DNA of 64,000 bases, taken from positions 128,001 through 192,000 of the forward strand of contig CAWJDT010000005.1 in the NCBI GenBank assembly GCA_963841735.1. Direction: 5' to 3'. Made by a program: the position numbers and the translations under genes. Origin of the DNA: an uncultured Actinomycetes bacterium. Its GTDB lineage: Bacteria > Actinomycetota > Thermoleophilia > RBG-16-64-13. Of the stretch, positions 9,876-22,029 are shown one piece after another. The first letter of the stretch is position 1. Every line of letters starts with the position of its first letter. The notes under the pieces were generated by a model. The model searched no databases, was not told the DNA's origin, and saw nothing but the letters and a program-made list of their open reading frames with translations.

Positions 9876-10711
9876 GGAACCAGAAGCACCGGGATCCGTA
9901 CCGAGCGCATGAGCTGCTCGGTGGTGCGCCCCACGATGAGATGCTGCAAGTGCCGAATGGCCCCGCATGCCCATGACCAGCAGGTCGGCCGGCTCCTTTG
10001 CCAACAGCGCGGCCGCGACCTTGGAGACCCGGCCGGGCAGCGTCGAATAGAACGGCGTCAGCCCCAGCGGATCCAGATAGGCCCGGGCAATGTCCAGAGT
10101 CGCCTCGCCCTGCTTGGAGTCATCGTCGACGGTCAGCACCCGCAGCTCGACGGAGGTCTGCGCGGCCAGGTCGGCGGCAAGACGCAGCCCGCGATCGGCC
10201 GGCTCGCTGCCGTCGAACAACACCAACACCGACTTGACCGCAGAGGCCTTGCTCCTCGGTCAGGAGCACCGGGACGGCCGACCGGCGGATCACAGCCTCC
10301 GCGGTGGAGCCCAGCAGATCGCGGCCCCACTTGGCGTGCTCTCCCCGCTTGCCCAAGACCACAAGATCGTGCTCCTCCGCGATGTCGGAGATGACCTGAC
10401 CGGGCACCCCTTCCTCGGTGCGGATCTCCACGTCCAGCACCGGCTTTCTCGACCAGAGCGCGCACCTCGCCCAGAACCCGCTCGGCCTTGGCCCGTGACT
10501 TATCCATCACGTCGAGAGGGGCCAGGATCGGAGGCACGGCCTCGAAGGCATACGAGTAGTCCAGGTACGGAGGCATCTCCAGGTAGCGGATGTCGAGCAC
10601 GTGCAGCCCGGTCACCCGCGCCTGGTACAGCCTGGCCAACTCCACCGCGTGCTCCAGCGCCGCCTGCGCATGGGCGGACGAGTCGACCGCCACCAACAAT
10701 GACTTGATCAT
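9872..10711 (-). CDS. Tandem-domain universal stress protein (frameshifted)
   Basis: IKSLLVAVDSSAHA, DLVVLGKRG...LLGSTAEAVIRRSAVPVL, second domain FDGSEPA...LLVMGMRG...IPVLLVP*. Confidence 0.85.
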
Positions 10712-10733
10712 CAAGTCTCCCTTCACTGTCGTT

Positions 10734-11552
10734 TCAGCCGACCTGCCTCGCCCCCACCGGAGGGAGCGGTTGCATCAGGGCGCGTACGGCCACGCCCACG
10801 TCCGGTTCCCGCAAGAGACTCTCCCCCACCAGAACGCCATCGACACCCATGGAGCCAACTTGACCACGTCGGCATGGTCCCGGATGCCGCTCTCGCTCAC
10901 CAACAGCCGCCCCGCGGGCACCAGCCCCGCCAGCCGGTCCGTGGTTTCCAGCGAGACCGCGAAGGTGCGCAGATCGCGGTTGTTCACGCCTATCACTGCG
11001 CCCTCCACCGCAAGCGCCCTGGCCAACTCGGCCTCGTCGTGCACCTCCAAGAGTACGTCCAGACCAAGGCTCTGACGCCAGTGCCGACAGATCACGCAGC
11101 GCCCCGTCGTCGAGAAGCGCCGCGATGAGAAGCACGGCGGAAGCCCCCCAGACCCGAGCCTCATGGACTTGGTAGGCCTCGACGATGAAGTCCTTCCGCA
11201 GCACGGGAAGCGTGGTAGCCGCCACCGCGGCCTGCAGGTCGTCCAGACTGCCAAGAAAGTGGTCCTGCTCGGTGAGCACCGAGATCGCCCGGGCTCCGGC
11301 CTGCTCGTAGGCCTGCACCAGCGGTCGCGACCTCCAGGCCGGGCCGGATGGGACCTTTGCTCGGGGAGGCCCGCTTGACCTCTGCGATGAGCGACACGCC
11401 GGCAGCAGAGACGGCCGCCGCGAACGACGGTCGCCCGGCCGGGCCCGCTCATGGCCTTCAGCTTCGTCAGCGGCAGGCGGCTGCTGCGCTCGTAGACGCG
11501 GCGTCGCACCGCCGGCACAGATGCGGTCCAGATAGGTGCCCGCCTCGCTCAC
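10734..11552 (-). CDS. trpC: Indole-3-glycerol phosphate synthase (frameshifted)
   Basis: [43 protein letters not shown]. Confidence 0.92.
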   Translation of the reverse strand: MSEAGTYLDRICAGGATPRLRAQQPPAADEAEGHERARPGDRRSRRPSLLPACRSSQRSSGPPRAKVPSGPAWRSRPLVQAYEQAGARAISVLTEQDHFLGSLDDLQAAVAATTLPVLRKDFIVEAYQVHEARVWGASAVLLIAALLDDGALRDLSALASEPWSGRTLGGARRGRVGQGACGGGRSDRREQPRSAHLRGLAGNHGPAGGAGARGAAVGERERHPGPCRRGQVGSMGVDGVLVGESLLREPDVGVAVRALMQPLPPVGARQVG

Positions 11553-12668
11553 GCCGCTCCCCGGCCAGCTCGTTGGTCACGGCCACCAACTGTTCGAGCA
11601 GACGGGCGGCGGCGCCCGAGTCTATGGAGTGCGCGGCCACTGTCGATGCCCTGGCGAGATCGACGGAGCGGCGCCCGCCACATACAGAGCGGCGGCGGCG
11701 TTGAGCAGCACCGCGTCGCGCGGCGCGCCCTCGGCGCCGGCCAGGACCGCCCGGGTGATGACCGCGTTCTCGGCGGGATCCCCGCCCAGCAGGGCCGCCA
11801 GATCGTGCACCCGCAGGCCGCACTCCTCGGGGTCAAGCGTGTAGGGCGCACCGACCTCCCCATCTCTCACCTCTATCACCGTGCTGGGCCCGGCCACCGA
11901 CAACTCGTCCATGCCCTCGGCCCCGTGCACCAGCAGGGCGTGTTCGCAGCCCACCCGGGCGAGCGCTCCCGCCAGCACTTCCAGATACTCGGCGGCGCCC
12001 ACACCCAACAGTTGCCTACGCACCCCCGCCGGGTTGGTCAGCGGCCCCAGGAAGTTGAAGACCGTGCGTACGCCCAGAGCCCGGCGCACGCCCGCGACCT
12101 TGCCCATGGCCGGATGGTGGAGCGAGGCCAGCATGAAACCCATGCCCACGCGCTCCAGACAGGCCGCCACCTCGGCCGGCGTGAGATCTACGCGCACGCC
12201 CAGCGCCTCCAGCAGATCGGCCGAGCCGCAGCGCGAACTGGCCGCGCGGTTGCCGTGCTTGGCCACCTTGACCCCGGCGCCGGCCACCACGAACGCCGCC
12301 GTGGTGGAGATGTTGAACGTGCCCAGTTGGTCTCCGCCCGTGCCGACGATGTCCACCAGAACGTCCCGGCCGGACGTCTCTACCGGGACGGCAAGCCGGC
12401 GCATGGTCTCGAGCAGCCCGGCGATCTCTTCGGCGGTCTCACCCTTGACCCGCAGGGCCATGAGAAACGCCGCCGCCTGCGCCTCGCCGGCCGTGCCGCT
12501 CGACGATCTGTTCGAGGGCCCAGCGCCGCCTCCTCCCGGGTGAGATCGCGCCCCTCGGCCAGCCGCTGAAGGACGTGCGGCGAAGCCCAGGCCGGAGGCG
12601 GTGCCGGCGGCGTCGCGGGACCCGCGCCGGCGCCGAGGCGGGCGCCCGGCGGCGCCTGGTCCGGCCAC

Positions 12669-12672
<4 letters not shown>
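11549..12672 (-). CDS. trpD: Anthranilate phosphoribosyltransferase (frameshifted)
   Basis: [42 protein letters not shown]. Confidence 0.92.
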
Positions 12673-13315
<643 letters not shown>

Positions 13316-13351
13316 TTCGATTCTTGAATGTGTCGTTGTCATCATCATGAC

Positions 13352-14929
<1,578 letters not shown>

Positions 14930-14935
14930 GGCGGC

Positions 14936-15323
14936 CTACCCTTCTCGGGCAGATGACTGCGCGAGAAACGGCGGCTGCTCTCCGGTGGGAGAGCTGAGCC
15001 ATCGGCCGTCGAAGCAGGAGTGAATCCCCTGTGTGGCAGGCTGCGCCGGTCTGCTCCACTAGGGCCAGCAGAGTGTCGGCGTCGCAGTCGTAGTGCAGTT
15101 CGCGCACCTTCTGAAAGTGGCCCGAGGTGGCCCCTTTGTTCCAGAATTCGTTGCGCGACCGGCTCCAGAACCAGGTGGTGCCCGTCTCTAGAGTGCGGCG
15201 CAGCGACTCCTCGTTCATGTAGGCGAGCATGAGCACCTCGCCGGTGTTCCATTCCTGCACTATGCACGGAATGAGTCCGTTGGAGTCGTACTTGATCTGT
15301 GGGTTGTCGGCCTGTTCTTGCAT
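14936..15323 (-). CDS. hisI: Phosphoribosyl-AMP cyclohydrolase (frameshift in a G run near 15028)
   Basis: [31 protein letters not shown]-(shift)-HSCF. Confidence 0.92.
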
Positions 15324-15377
15324 CTTAGTCCCTTCGTGATCGCTAACCAGCCAGATGACGCATCACTGCGCCGGAAC

Positions 15378-15437
15378 CGGCCACGATGACCAAAGTCATC
15401 CGGCCGCTGGAGGCGCCCCCCGCTCGAAGCGAGGGGC
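15378..15437 (-). promoter_or_regulatory. Two consecutive hairpins after the leader ORF; putative attenuator
   Basis: Minus strand GCCCCTCGC-TTCGA-GCGGGGGGC (15415-15437) and CGGCC-GGATGAC-TTTG-GTCATC-GT-GGCCG (15378-15406); no U-tract. Confidence 0.5.
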
Positions 15438-15562
15438 TAGAACCACAAGGGTTGCCAGCCGCGAAAAGAACCGGAGTGCTGATGATGCTGCCACACACCG
15501 GTCCCGGACGGGATCAAGGCACTGGGGTGCCGCTCGGTCGTATGTGTGGCTTTCTTGTCCAT
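15437..15562 (-). CDS. Putative His/Trp-rich leader peptide (41 aa)
   Basis: GGAG RBS then MDKKATHTTERHPSALIPSGTGVWQHHQHSGSFRGWQPLWF*: 5 His and 3 Trp, directly upstream of hisI-trp. Confidence 0.6.
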   Translation of the reverse strand: MDKKATHTTERHPSALIPSGTGVWQHHQHSGSFRGWQPLWF

Positions 15563-15653
15563 TTTCCCCGCTCCGTCAGCAGTTCGGTAGCGAATGGGTA
15601 TGATACACGGCGGAGCGTTTCCTGTGAAGTAACAGGGTAACCAGGGATGGAGC

Positions 15654-17072
15654 GTGGTGCGAGTGGGCGGTGCGGCATATGACGGCGACTTGGCGGGCGG
15701 CGGGCCCGCGGGCGCAAACGCCCGGACCGGCGGCGGCGCGGTCCCCGGCGATCCCCGAACCGGCGGCGCTTTGACCGGCGCCGATTCGACCGTTGGCGGT
15801 GCCGCCCGCGGCGCCGCCGCCGAGATGATCTTCAGCGGTGACGAGCTGCTGCGCGGCGACACACTCAACACCAACCAGACCTACTTGGGCGAGCGGTTGC
15901 TCGACCTCGGCATCTTCGCCACCCACGCGCTCTGCGTCACCGACGACCTGGCAGCCATGGTCGAGGCCATCCGAGCCAGCCTGGCCCGGCGCCCGCTGGT
16001 GCTGGTGCTTTCGGGCGGACTGGGCCCCACCGACGGACGATCTCACCCGCGAGGCCGTCGCGGAGGCCCTTGGCCGGCCGCTGGAGCAGCACGACGACCT
16101 GCTCGCAGCGATCACGGCGCGGTTCGCCTCTCGGGGCTTCGTCATGGGCGACATCAACCGCAAACAGGCCCTCATCCCCCGAGGCGCCTCCGCCATCCCC
16201 CTCGCCGGCACGGCGCCGGGTTTCCACGTCCAGCAGGGAGATACCCTGGTGGTCGCTCTGCCCGGCGTGCCCTGGGAGCTCAAGCAGATGTGGGAAGAGA
16301 GCGTGGAGCCGCTGCTGCGCGCGCGGGCGGCGGCGCTGGCCACCGGCGCCGGCGCGACCTTCCAGAGCCAAGACGGTCGGCGCATCCGCACCTTCGGCAT
16401 CGGTGAGTCGATGCTGGCCGAGATACTGGGCGAGTTCGACTGGCACGACCCCGCTGGCCGCCATCGGCACGAGAGCCAATCTGGACGGGGTCACCATCAT
16501 CCTGCGCGGGCAGGCGTCACCCGAGGGTGCGAGCCGGCTGGACGACGTGGAGCGGCGCGTGCTGGCCATCCTGGGAGAGCGCGTCTACAGCGTGACCGGC
16601 GAGGACCTCCAGGTGGTCGTAGGCGAGCTGCTCCGGCCGGCCGGCCTCACCGTGGCGGTGGCCGAGTCGTGCACCGGGGGTCTGGTGGGCAAGCACCTCA
16701 CCGACGTGCCGGGCAGCAGCGACTACTTCTTGGGCGGGGTGACCGCCTACGACAACCGCGTTAAGACCGAGGTGCTGGGAGTGCCGGCGGACATGCTGGC
16801 CGCGCACGGCGCCGTGAGCCCCGAGGTGGCCGCGGCGATGGCCGAAGGAGTATGCAGGCTGCTTGGTGCCGATTGCGCGCTCTCCACCACCGGGGTGGCG
16901 GGCCCCGACGGCGGCACGGCGACAAAGCCCGTCGGGCTCGTCTACATCGGCTAGCGTGGTGAACGGAGTCACCCAGGTGGAGCGCCTCCGCTCCCCCGGG
17001 CAACGCGAACATATCCGAGAGCGCGCCGCCTTCGCCGCGCTCGATCTGCTGCGCCGGCGACTACTGCGCTAG
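15654..17072 (+). CDS. cinA: CinA-family protein (MoCF domain plus NMN deamidase PncC), frameshifted; start uncertain
   Basis: GDELLRG..NTN, SGGLGPTxDDLT, LPGVPWE, AVAESCTGG, GAVS, STTGVAGPDGG. Confidence 0.9.
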
Positions 17073-17079
17073 ACCACAG

Positions 17080-18048
17080 CTACCACTTGTGATGCACCTG
17101 CGCGCGGATGTGACGGTCGTAGATCGCTCGCATCGTCGCCATGGCCGAGTCGGAGAGCGGAGGCAAGTCGGCCGCACGAACGTTGTCCTCGGCCTGCGCG
17201 GGGCCTCTGGCTCCGGGTATGGCGCACGTCACGTCCTCGAACATCAATATCCACCGCAAAGCCATCTGCGCCATGGTGGCTCCCGGCGGCACGAGCGGAC
17301 GTAGCTCCTCGACGGCCTGCAGTCCCGCCTCGAAATCCACTCCGGAGAACGTCTCTCCGCGATCGAACGATTGGCCCTCGCGGTTGTAGTTGCGATGGTC
17401 GTCAGCAGCAAAGGTAGTCTCGCGCGTCACCTTGCCGGTCAGCATGCCCGAAGCCAACGGCACCCGTGCGAGGATGCCCACGCGGCGGCGCTTGGCCTCC
17501 GGGAAGAAGTCGTCCGCGGGTCGCTGACGGAAGATGTTGAAGATGATCTGCACCGACTGCACGCCGGGGAACTCTATGGCCTTCAGCGCATCCTCGATAC
17601 GCTCCACGCTGACACCGTAGTGGCGCAGCTTGCCCTGTTTCACCAGCTCGTCCAGGATACCGAACGTCTCGGATTTGTAGACCTCTGGCGGCGGAACGTG
17701 CAGTTGCATAAGGTCGATGGTCTCGACGCCAAGATCGCGCAGGCTGCCATCGACGGCGGCCGTCATGTTCTCAAGCGTGAATGCCTTGGGATCATGATTG
17801 AGCCGCACGCCCAGCTTCGTGGCTATGTAGAACGGCTCGCTTCGCTCGCGGCGCAGCCGGCCGACCAGATGCTCGCTGCCGTACACGTCGGCGGTGTCGA
17901 AGAAGTTGACGCCCAGATCCAGAGCGCGGTGAAGAGCGGCAAGCGACTCGACGTCGTCCACCGGCCCCCATTGACTGCCCATCGCCCATGTGCCAAGACC
18001 GATGGTCGAGACATTCCAGCCTGTGCGTCCGAACTCGCGGTATTCCAT
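17080..18048 (-). CDS. Aldo/keto reductase
   Basis: GLGTWAMG, FFDTADVYG, IDLMQLH, AIPGA. Confidence 0.92.
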   Translation of the reverse strand: MEYREFGRTGWNVSTIGLGTWAMGSQWGPVDDVESLAALHRALDLGVNFFDTADVYGSEHLVGRLRRERSEPFYIATKLGVRLNHDPKAFTLENMTAAVDGSLRDLGVETIDLMQLHVPPPEVYKSETFGILDELVKQGKLRHYGVSVERIEDALKAIEFPGVQSVQIIFNIFRQRPADDFFPEAKRRRVGILARVPLASGMLTGKVTRETTFAADDHRNYNREGQSFDRGETFSGVDFEAGLQAVEELRPLVPPGATMAQMALRWILMFEDVTCAIPGARGPAQAEDNVRAADLPPLSDSAMATMRAIYDRHIRAQVHHKW

Positions 18049-18175
18049 GTTCATTCTCCACCTAGGTAGACGTGCCTGATGTTGATGCGCGTGACCGGCG
18101 AACCGGCAGCGCATCGCCCGAGTGGAGCATACCTCACATCACCGCTTTGTCCGCGTCGAAGCGCGGGTTCCATGC

Positions 18176-18265
18176 ACCTCACGCTAGCGCGTCAGCCGCG
18201 CCCGTTGGCCATGGTACTCCATGCGATAGACGACTCAGGAAGTCGGTTGCACTCGCTTGTTGGGC
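18176..18265 (-). mobile_element. attC site (last in array; R' degenerate)
   Basis: R'' GCCCAAC on minus strand (18259-18265); 41 bp (18184-18224) identical to the attC at 20909-20999; R' degenerated to GTGAGGT. Confidence 0.7.
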
Positions 18266-18302
18266 GTGCCCGAAACCATGCGCGCAGAAACAACGCCAAC
18301 GG

Positions 18303-18842
18303 CTACTCCCGCCAGTACTCGGGCCTGTTGATCGCATCGGCACACACCACCGCACCTCGCACAGATCCGATAGCTCCAGGAGTCAGAGCCTGAACCATCC
18401 ACGCACCGGCATCTTCTTCGGCAATCGGAAATGGAGCAGCGAAACCCAGATGTCCTGCTGGTTCGAATCCATGGCGCGGGTAGTACTCGGGGTGTCCGAG
18501 CACGAAGACCAAGTCGACTCCCGCTTCCGAAAGCACATGCAAACCTTGTTCAATCAACTTGCCACCAATCCCTCGCCGCTGAACATCGGGGACGACGGCC
18601 AGCGGGGCCAGCAGACTGACACTCACAGCCTCGGACGCCTCTGAGATCCGGGCGGCTGTAAACAGAATATGGCCCACGGCTCGCTCGCCCTCAAAGGCAA
18701 GCAGGGAGAGGAGCGGTGAAGCACTTGGATCGTTCAGTAGGTTGCTGACAAGATCAGCTTCGTCGTCCTCGCCGAAAGCCTCACGCTCGATCCGCAGCAC
18801 GTCCGACAGGTCTGACTCCGTAGCCGATGCGATTCTCACCAT
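18303..18842 (-). CDS. GNAT N-acetyltransferase (gene cassette)
   Basis: LAPLAVVPDVQRRGIGGKLI, VLGHPEYYPRHGF; flanked by attC sites. Confidence 0.9.
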   Translation of the reverse strand: MVRIASATESDLSDVLRIEREAFGEDDEADLVSNLLNDPSASPLLSLLAFEGERAVGHILFTAARISEASEAVSVSLLAPLAVVPDVQRRGIGGKLIEQGLHVLSEAGVDLVFVLGHPEYYPRHGFEPAGHLGFAAPFPIAEEDAGAWMVQALTPGAIGSVRGAVVCADAINRPEYWRE

Positions 18843-18873
18843 TCCTCCGATCTTCGCAACCCTTTGAGGCTAC

Positions 18874-18932
18874 GCCTAACGTCTCTGCCGGTCAGCGGCA
18901 GCCGCAGGCTGACTACTACTGGCTTGTTAGGC
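18874..18932 (-). mobile_element. attC site (59 bp)
   Basis: GCCTAAC ... GTTAGGC perfectly complementary ends around an imperfect internal palindrome; 7 nt after the hicA stop. Confidence 0.85.
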
Positions 18933-18939
18933 CGGACTT

Positions 18940-19164
18940 TCACAGAAGACTCAGGAACTCGTCAATGGTCAAATGGACATCGGCCGCAATCTTGCGCAAC
19001 AGCGTAGGAGAGATATCGCGACCTGCGTGGAAAGGAACAGTGGTGCAGCGACCATCAGGGTGTCGGAACTGCTTGTGCGAGCCGCGCTGCCTGACCTCGC
19101 CGAAACCGTGCGCCTCGAGTAGAGCGACGACCTGCCTAGGCTTGAGGACCGGCAGGGTACCCAA
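18940..19164 (-). CDS. hicA: HicA-family toxin
   Basis: GFGEVRQRGSHKQFRHPDGRCTTVPFH motif. Confidence 0.9.
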   Translation of the reverse strand: MGTLPVLKPRQVVALLEAHGFGEVRQRGSHKQFRHPDGRCTTVPFHAGRDISPTLLRKIAADVHLTIDEFLSLL

Positions 19165-19166
19165 GG

Positions 19167-19376
19167 TCAGGCAACCTGGACTGTCCGCACGTCGACGAAC
19201 TCCGACTCAAGCGTCGGCTGACCGTCTTCCAGCAGCATCTCGATTACCTCGCGCAGATTCTGCTGCAGTTCATCAATGTCGGAGCCTTGGGTGTGTGCGC
19301 CTGGCCACCCCGGAACATAACCGACGAAGACACCGGTCTCAGGGTCCCGTTCGACGACAAAACGATAGGAACGCAC
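19167..19376 (-). CDS. hicB: HicB-family antitoxin (short, no DNA-binding domain)
   Basis: FVGYVPGWPGAHTQGSDIDELQQNLREVIEM; GAGGAGG RBS before GTG at 19376. Confidence 0.88.
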   Translation of the reverse strand: MRSYRFVVERDPETGVFVGYVPGWPGAHTQGSDIDELQQNLREVIEMLLEDGQPTLESEFVDVRTVQVA

Positions 19377-19432
19377 GGGCTCACCTCCTCGATACAACCA
19401 TACGATAGCCTACATCGCCACGGACGGTATCG

Positions 19433-19493
19433 ACCTAACGTCGTAGCCGGTCAGCCGCAGCCGCAGGCTGACTGCTGCACTTCTAAGTTGAAG
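19433..19493 (-). mobile_element. attC site (~61 bp, R'' degenerate)
   Basis: R' GTTAGGT; core GCCGGTCAGC.GCAGCCGCAGGCTGACT shared with the 59-bp attC; R'' CTTCAAC. Confidence 0.75.
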
Positions 19494-19770
19494 TCACACA
19501 TCACCGTACCACCTCAGAAATGAAACGCGGTCATCGAGCGCTGCCGAAGCCCACCACAGGATCGGCCCCGCATACGGCCCCGCCGGCCAGCCGACGATCA
19601 CGGAGCCTTGGCCCTAGACGAGGCTGCGACTGAGGCACGGCCTGGGCCATGTTATTCGGCCACCACAGCCGCTCGCTGGAATCGGCCGAGACGATGACCA
19701 CCACCCTGTAGAAGAGAACGTCCTACTCAGAGGAAACGTTGCACTTCAAACTTGAAGTCAGGCAGTGGCC

Positions 19771-20790
19771 TCACTTCTCTCGCCACACGTAGTTGCCATC
19801 TAGGTCGATGTAGGCCATCTTCCCGTTCTCCTCTTCGACACGAACCAGTCCACCCCGGAAGTCCTGTGTGACCCTGAACTGCGTGGGAATAACCAGGGTG
19901 CCCGACTCGTCCATGAAGCCCCATGATCCCTCGGAGGTCTCCGGATCTTCGCCTGCCTCCAGCGCGGCTATGATCCCTCCACGGAGTACGGCCGCTCGTC
20001 CTTCCTTCAAGCCCATCACCTGGTCGTAGTCCAGTGTCTTGAGCACCCGTCCCGTCGTGTCGATGAGTTCGTACTTGAAGAAGTCGTACTCGACCACGGC
20101 GAGACCGTTGCTGAAAGGTGTGGCGCCATCGAATTGAGGCTTGATGACGTAGCCACCCTGCCGGTTTATGTAACCGTAACCGCCACCTGTCCGAACAGCG
20201 GCCAGACCTTCGCTGAAGTCGCCCACTGTAGTAGCCCACCGTAGTCGAATGACTACCTCACCCGACGTGTCTATGAAGCCATAACCTTCCTCCAGAAGCA
20301 CCCCGGCCAGACCCTCATGGAACTCGTAGGCCCCCTCGAACTCCGGTGGGATCACCACTTCACCGGTCTTGTCGATGTAGCCTATTCCTGAATCGGTGAC
20401 AAGTTGTGCTCGGCCGTCGAAGAAGGGGCCAACGTCCGCGAACTGGGGAGCGATCAACATCTTCCCCGACTCGTCGATGAACCCCCAGTCATCTCCTACC
20501 CTGACGGCCGCCACCCCATCAGAGAAATCCCAGGCTTCCTCGTACTGGAAGCCAAGGACCAAGCGACCGGTCTTGTCGATGAACCCCCATTTGCTACCCT
20601 GTCTCACGGGGAAGAGCGTGGGAAGCGTTGGTGCCGGGCCGGACCATTCTTCGATCGTTGCGTTCGTTACGCCTTGGATGGTGGTGTCCGTGAGTCTGCT
20701 GTCGCTATTCACGTTGTCGCAGGCCCCTAGCAAGCCAGCTGCAACGACTGTGATAACGATGACGACAAGCCATAGCAGGCGACTCTGCAC
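19771..20790 (-). CDS. WG-repeat lipoprotein (gene cassette)
   Basis: Lipobox LLGAC; repeated WGFIDxxG...FSEGLAAV units. Confidence 0.88.
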   Translation of the reverse strand: MQSRLLWLVVIVITVVAAGLLGACDNVNSDSRLTDTTIQGVTNATIEEWSGPAPTLPTLFPVRQGSKWGFIDKTGRLVLGFQYEEAWDFSDGVAAVRVGDDWGFIDESGKMLIAPQFADVGPFFDGRAQLVTDSGIGYIDKTGEVVIPPEFEGAYEFHEGLAGVLLEEGYGFIDTSGEVVIRLRWATTVGDFSEGLAAVRTGGGYGYINRQGGYVIKPQFDGATPFSNGLAVVEYDFFKYELIDTTGRVLKTLDYDQVMGLKEGRAAVLRGGIIAALEAGEDPETSEGSWGFMDESGTLVIPTQFRVTQDFRGGLVRVEEENGKMAYIDLDGNYVWREK

Positions 20791-20908
20791 TTGTTTCCCC
20801 CCTCTTCGGAGTGACGCCCAGCTCAAGCATCACCACGGACGCTGGCCCCTACGCTTGGGTTGCGACCAAACGCTATCCCGATGTTTGAAGTCCACGAAGC
20901 ACGCATCT

Positions 20909-20999
20909 GGCTAACGTTCTAGCGCGTCAGCCGCGCCCGTTGGCCATGGTACTCCATGCAACAGACAACGCCGGTGTCGGTTGCACGCACTTGTTAGAC
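20909..20999 (-). mobile_element. attC site (91 bp)
   Basis: R'' GTCTAAC, L'' with extrahelical G (CGT-G-CAACCG / CGGCTG-ACG), R' GTTAGCC; 8 nt after the upstream gene's stop. Confidence 0.85.
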
Positions 21000-21007
21000 A
21001 CGAAGCG

Positions 21008-21817
21008 TCAGCCACACAACTCACCAACCCTCACGACATCAAGCTGTGCTATCGACGAAAGCGCTCTCTTTGCCTTGCGAAAGACCTCTGCCTGGAACCT
21101 CTCCGTGACAACCGCCTCCATATAGGGCGCCGCCGCCATGATCCGAACGTCCGTAACGTCGCTTGCCTCATGAACCCGCCCCGGCTCACGAATACGATAG
21201 AACTGCGAATACAGCATAGCCTGCAGCGCAGGGAATCGGTTTATGTCCAGTGTGCTACCCGAGTTCAGGAGTCCCGCCGTCCAAGATTGGTGATTCTCGG
21301 CCAAGTGAACAACCACTGACTCGGCGACGTACTGGTCAGCTTTGCGACCGTCGTTCGAACGTGAGACCCACTCCCGGAGGGTGTCATTCTCATCGTCGCG
21401 CCACCCGGCCTCAAGCTCGATCATCCAGTCCTGCACAAAGAGCTTCTCTAGGAACGGCCGCAGGAAGTGCCTGTCTTCGGACCCAGCCAGAGTGAAGGCG
21501 TTGAGCAACGGAGGTCCAGCTGGATAGTGGTGATAGGCCGCCACCTCTGCCGCCACGATGCGCGAATATGGCTCAAGAAGGAAGCTCGGATACCTTGAGA
21601 AGAAGTCGAGCCAGGCATCGTATAGTCGTAGATGCTCTGGGGCACGACGCAATTCGATGACGTTGTAGATTGTCCAGCATGGCGCCCAATCACTTGGGGG
21701 AAACCGCTCGATGAAAGCGTGCCCAAAGGTGTCGCGATGCTCGACGATGTTGCTCAAGGCGTTTGTGTCGAGCAAGCACAGTCTGTACTCGGTGCCGCTG
21801 TCGCTCATCCACGACAT
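21008..21817 (-). CDS. Hypothetical protein with PIN-like motifs (first cassette)
   Basis: LLDTNALS near the N-terminus, ELR, DVTDVRI and VTER near the C-terminus. Confidence 0.55.
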   Translation of the reverse strand: MSWMSDSGTEYRLCLLDTNALSNIVEHRDTFGHAFIERFPPSDWAPCWTIYNVIELRRAPEHLRLYDAWLDFFSRYPSFLLEPYSRIVAAEVAAYHHYPAGPPLLNAFTLAGSEDRHFLRPFLEKLFVQDWMIELEAGWRDDENDTLREWVSRSNDGRKADQYVAESVVVHLAENHQSWTAGLLNSGSTLDINRFPALQAMLYSQFYRIREPGRVHEASDVTDVRIMAAAPYMEAVVTERFQAEVFRKAKRALSSIAQLDVVRVGELCG

Positions 21818-21844
21818 TCGCGCCGCGCGCCTCCCAGCGTCTGT

Positions 21845-21999
21845 GTCTAACAATGCTTATCCAGTCTGCCCAAATAGACCGACGAAGCACCAGGGTGTCT
21901 GCATAACTCCGGGTGCGAATCTCAAAACGGCCCCCCTGGTCGGCCTTCCGAGCGGTTTCTGAACCCAGGACGCCCGCTCGGTCTTGGGGTTATGCAGAC
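21845..21999 (-). mobile_element. Putative attI region
   Basis: Crossover ATT-G|TTAGACAC is the exact complement of the first cassette's R'' (GTGTCTAAC); no attC hairpin upstream; 11-bp inverted repeat GTCTGCATAAC at 21897-21907 and 21989-21999. Confidence 0.6.
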
Positions 22000-22029
22000 T
22001 TCCATGAGAAGCCGGCCGGTGTCAAGAGC

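Noticed and set aside
9147-10229. Apparent USP-TrpF fusion
   Set aside because: The USP ends IPVLLVP* in another frame, overlapping the trpF ATG
15330-15650. T-box riboswitch upstream of hisI-trp
   Set aside because: No T-box antiterminator consensus (GGTGGNACCGCG) found; the leader-peptide model fits better
18176-21000. Repeats considered as a CRISPR array
   Set aside because: Spacing is gene-sized and irregular, the ends have attC consensus, and no cas genes are present
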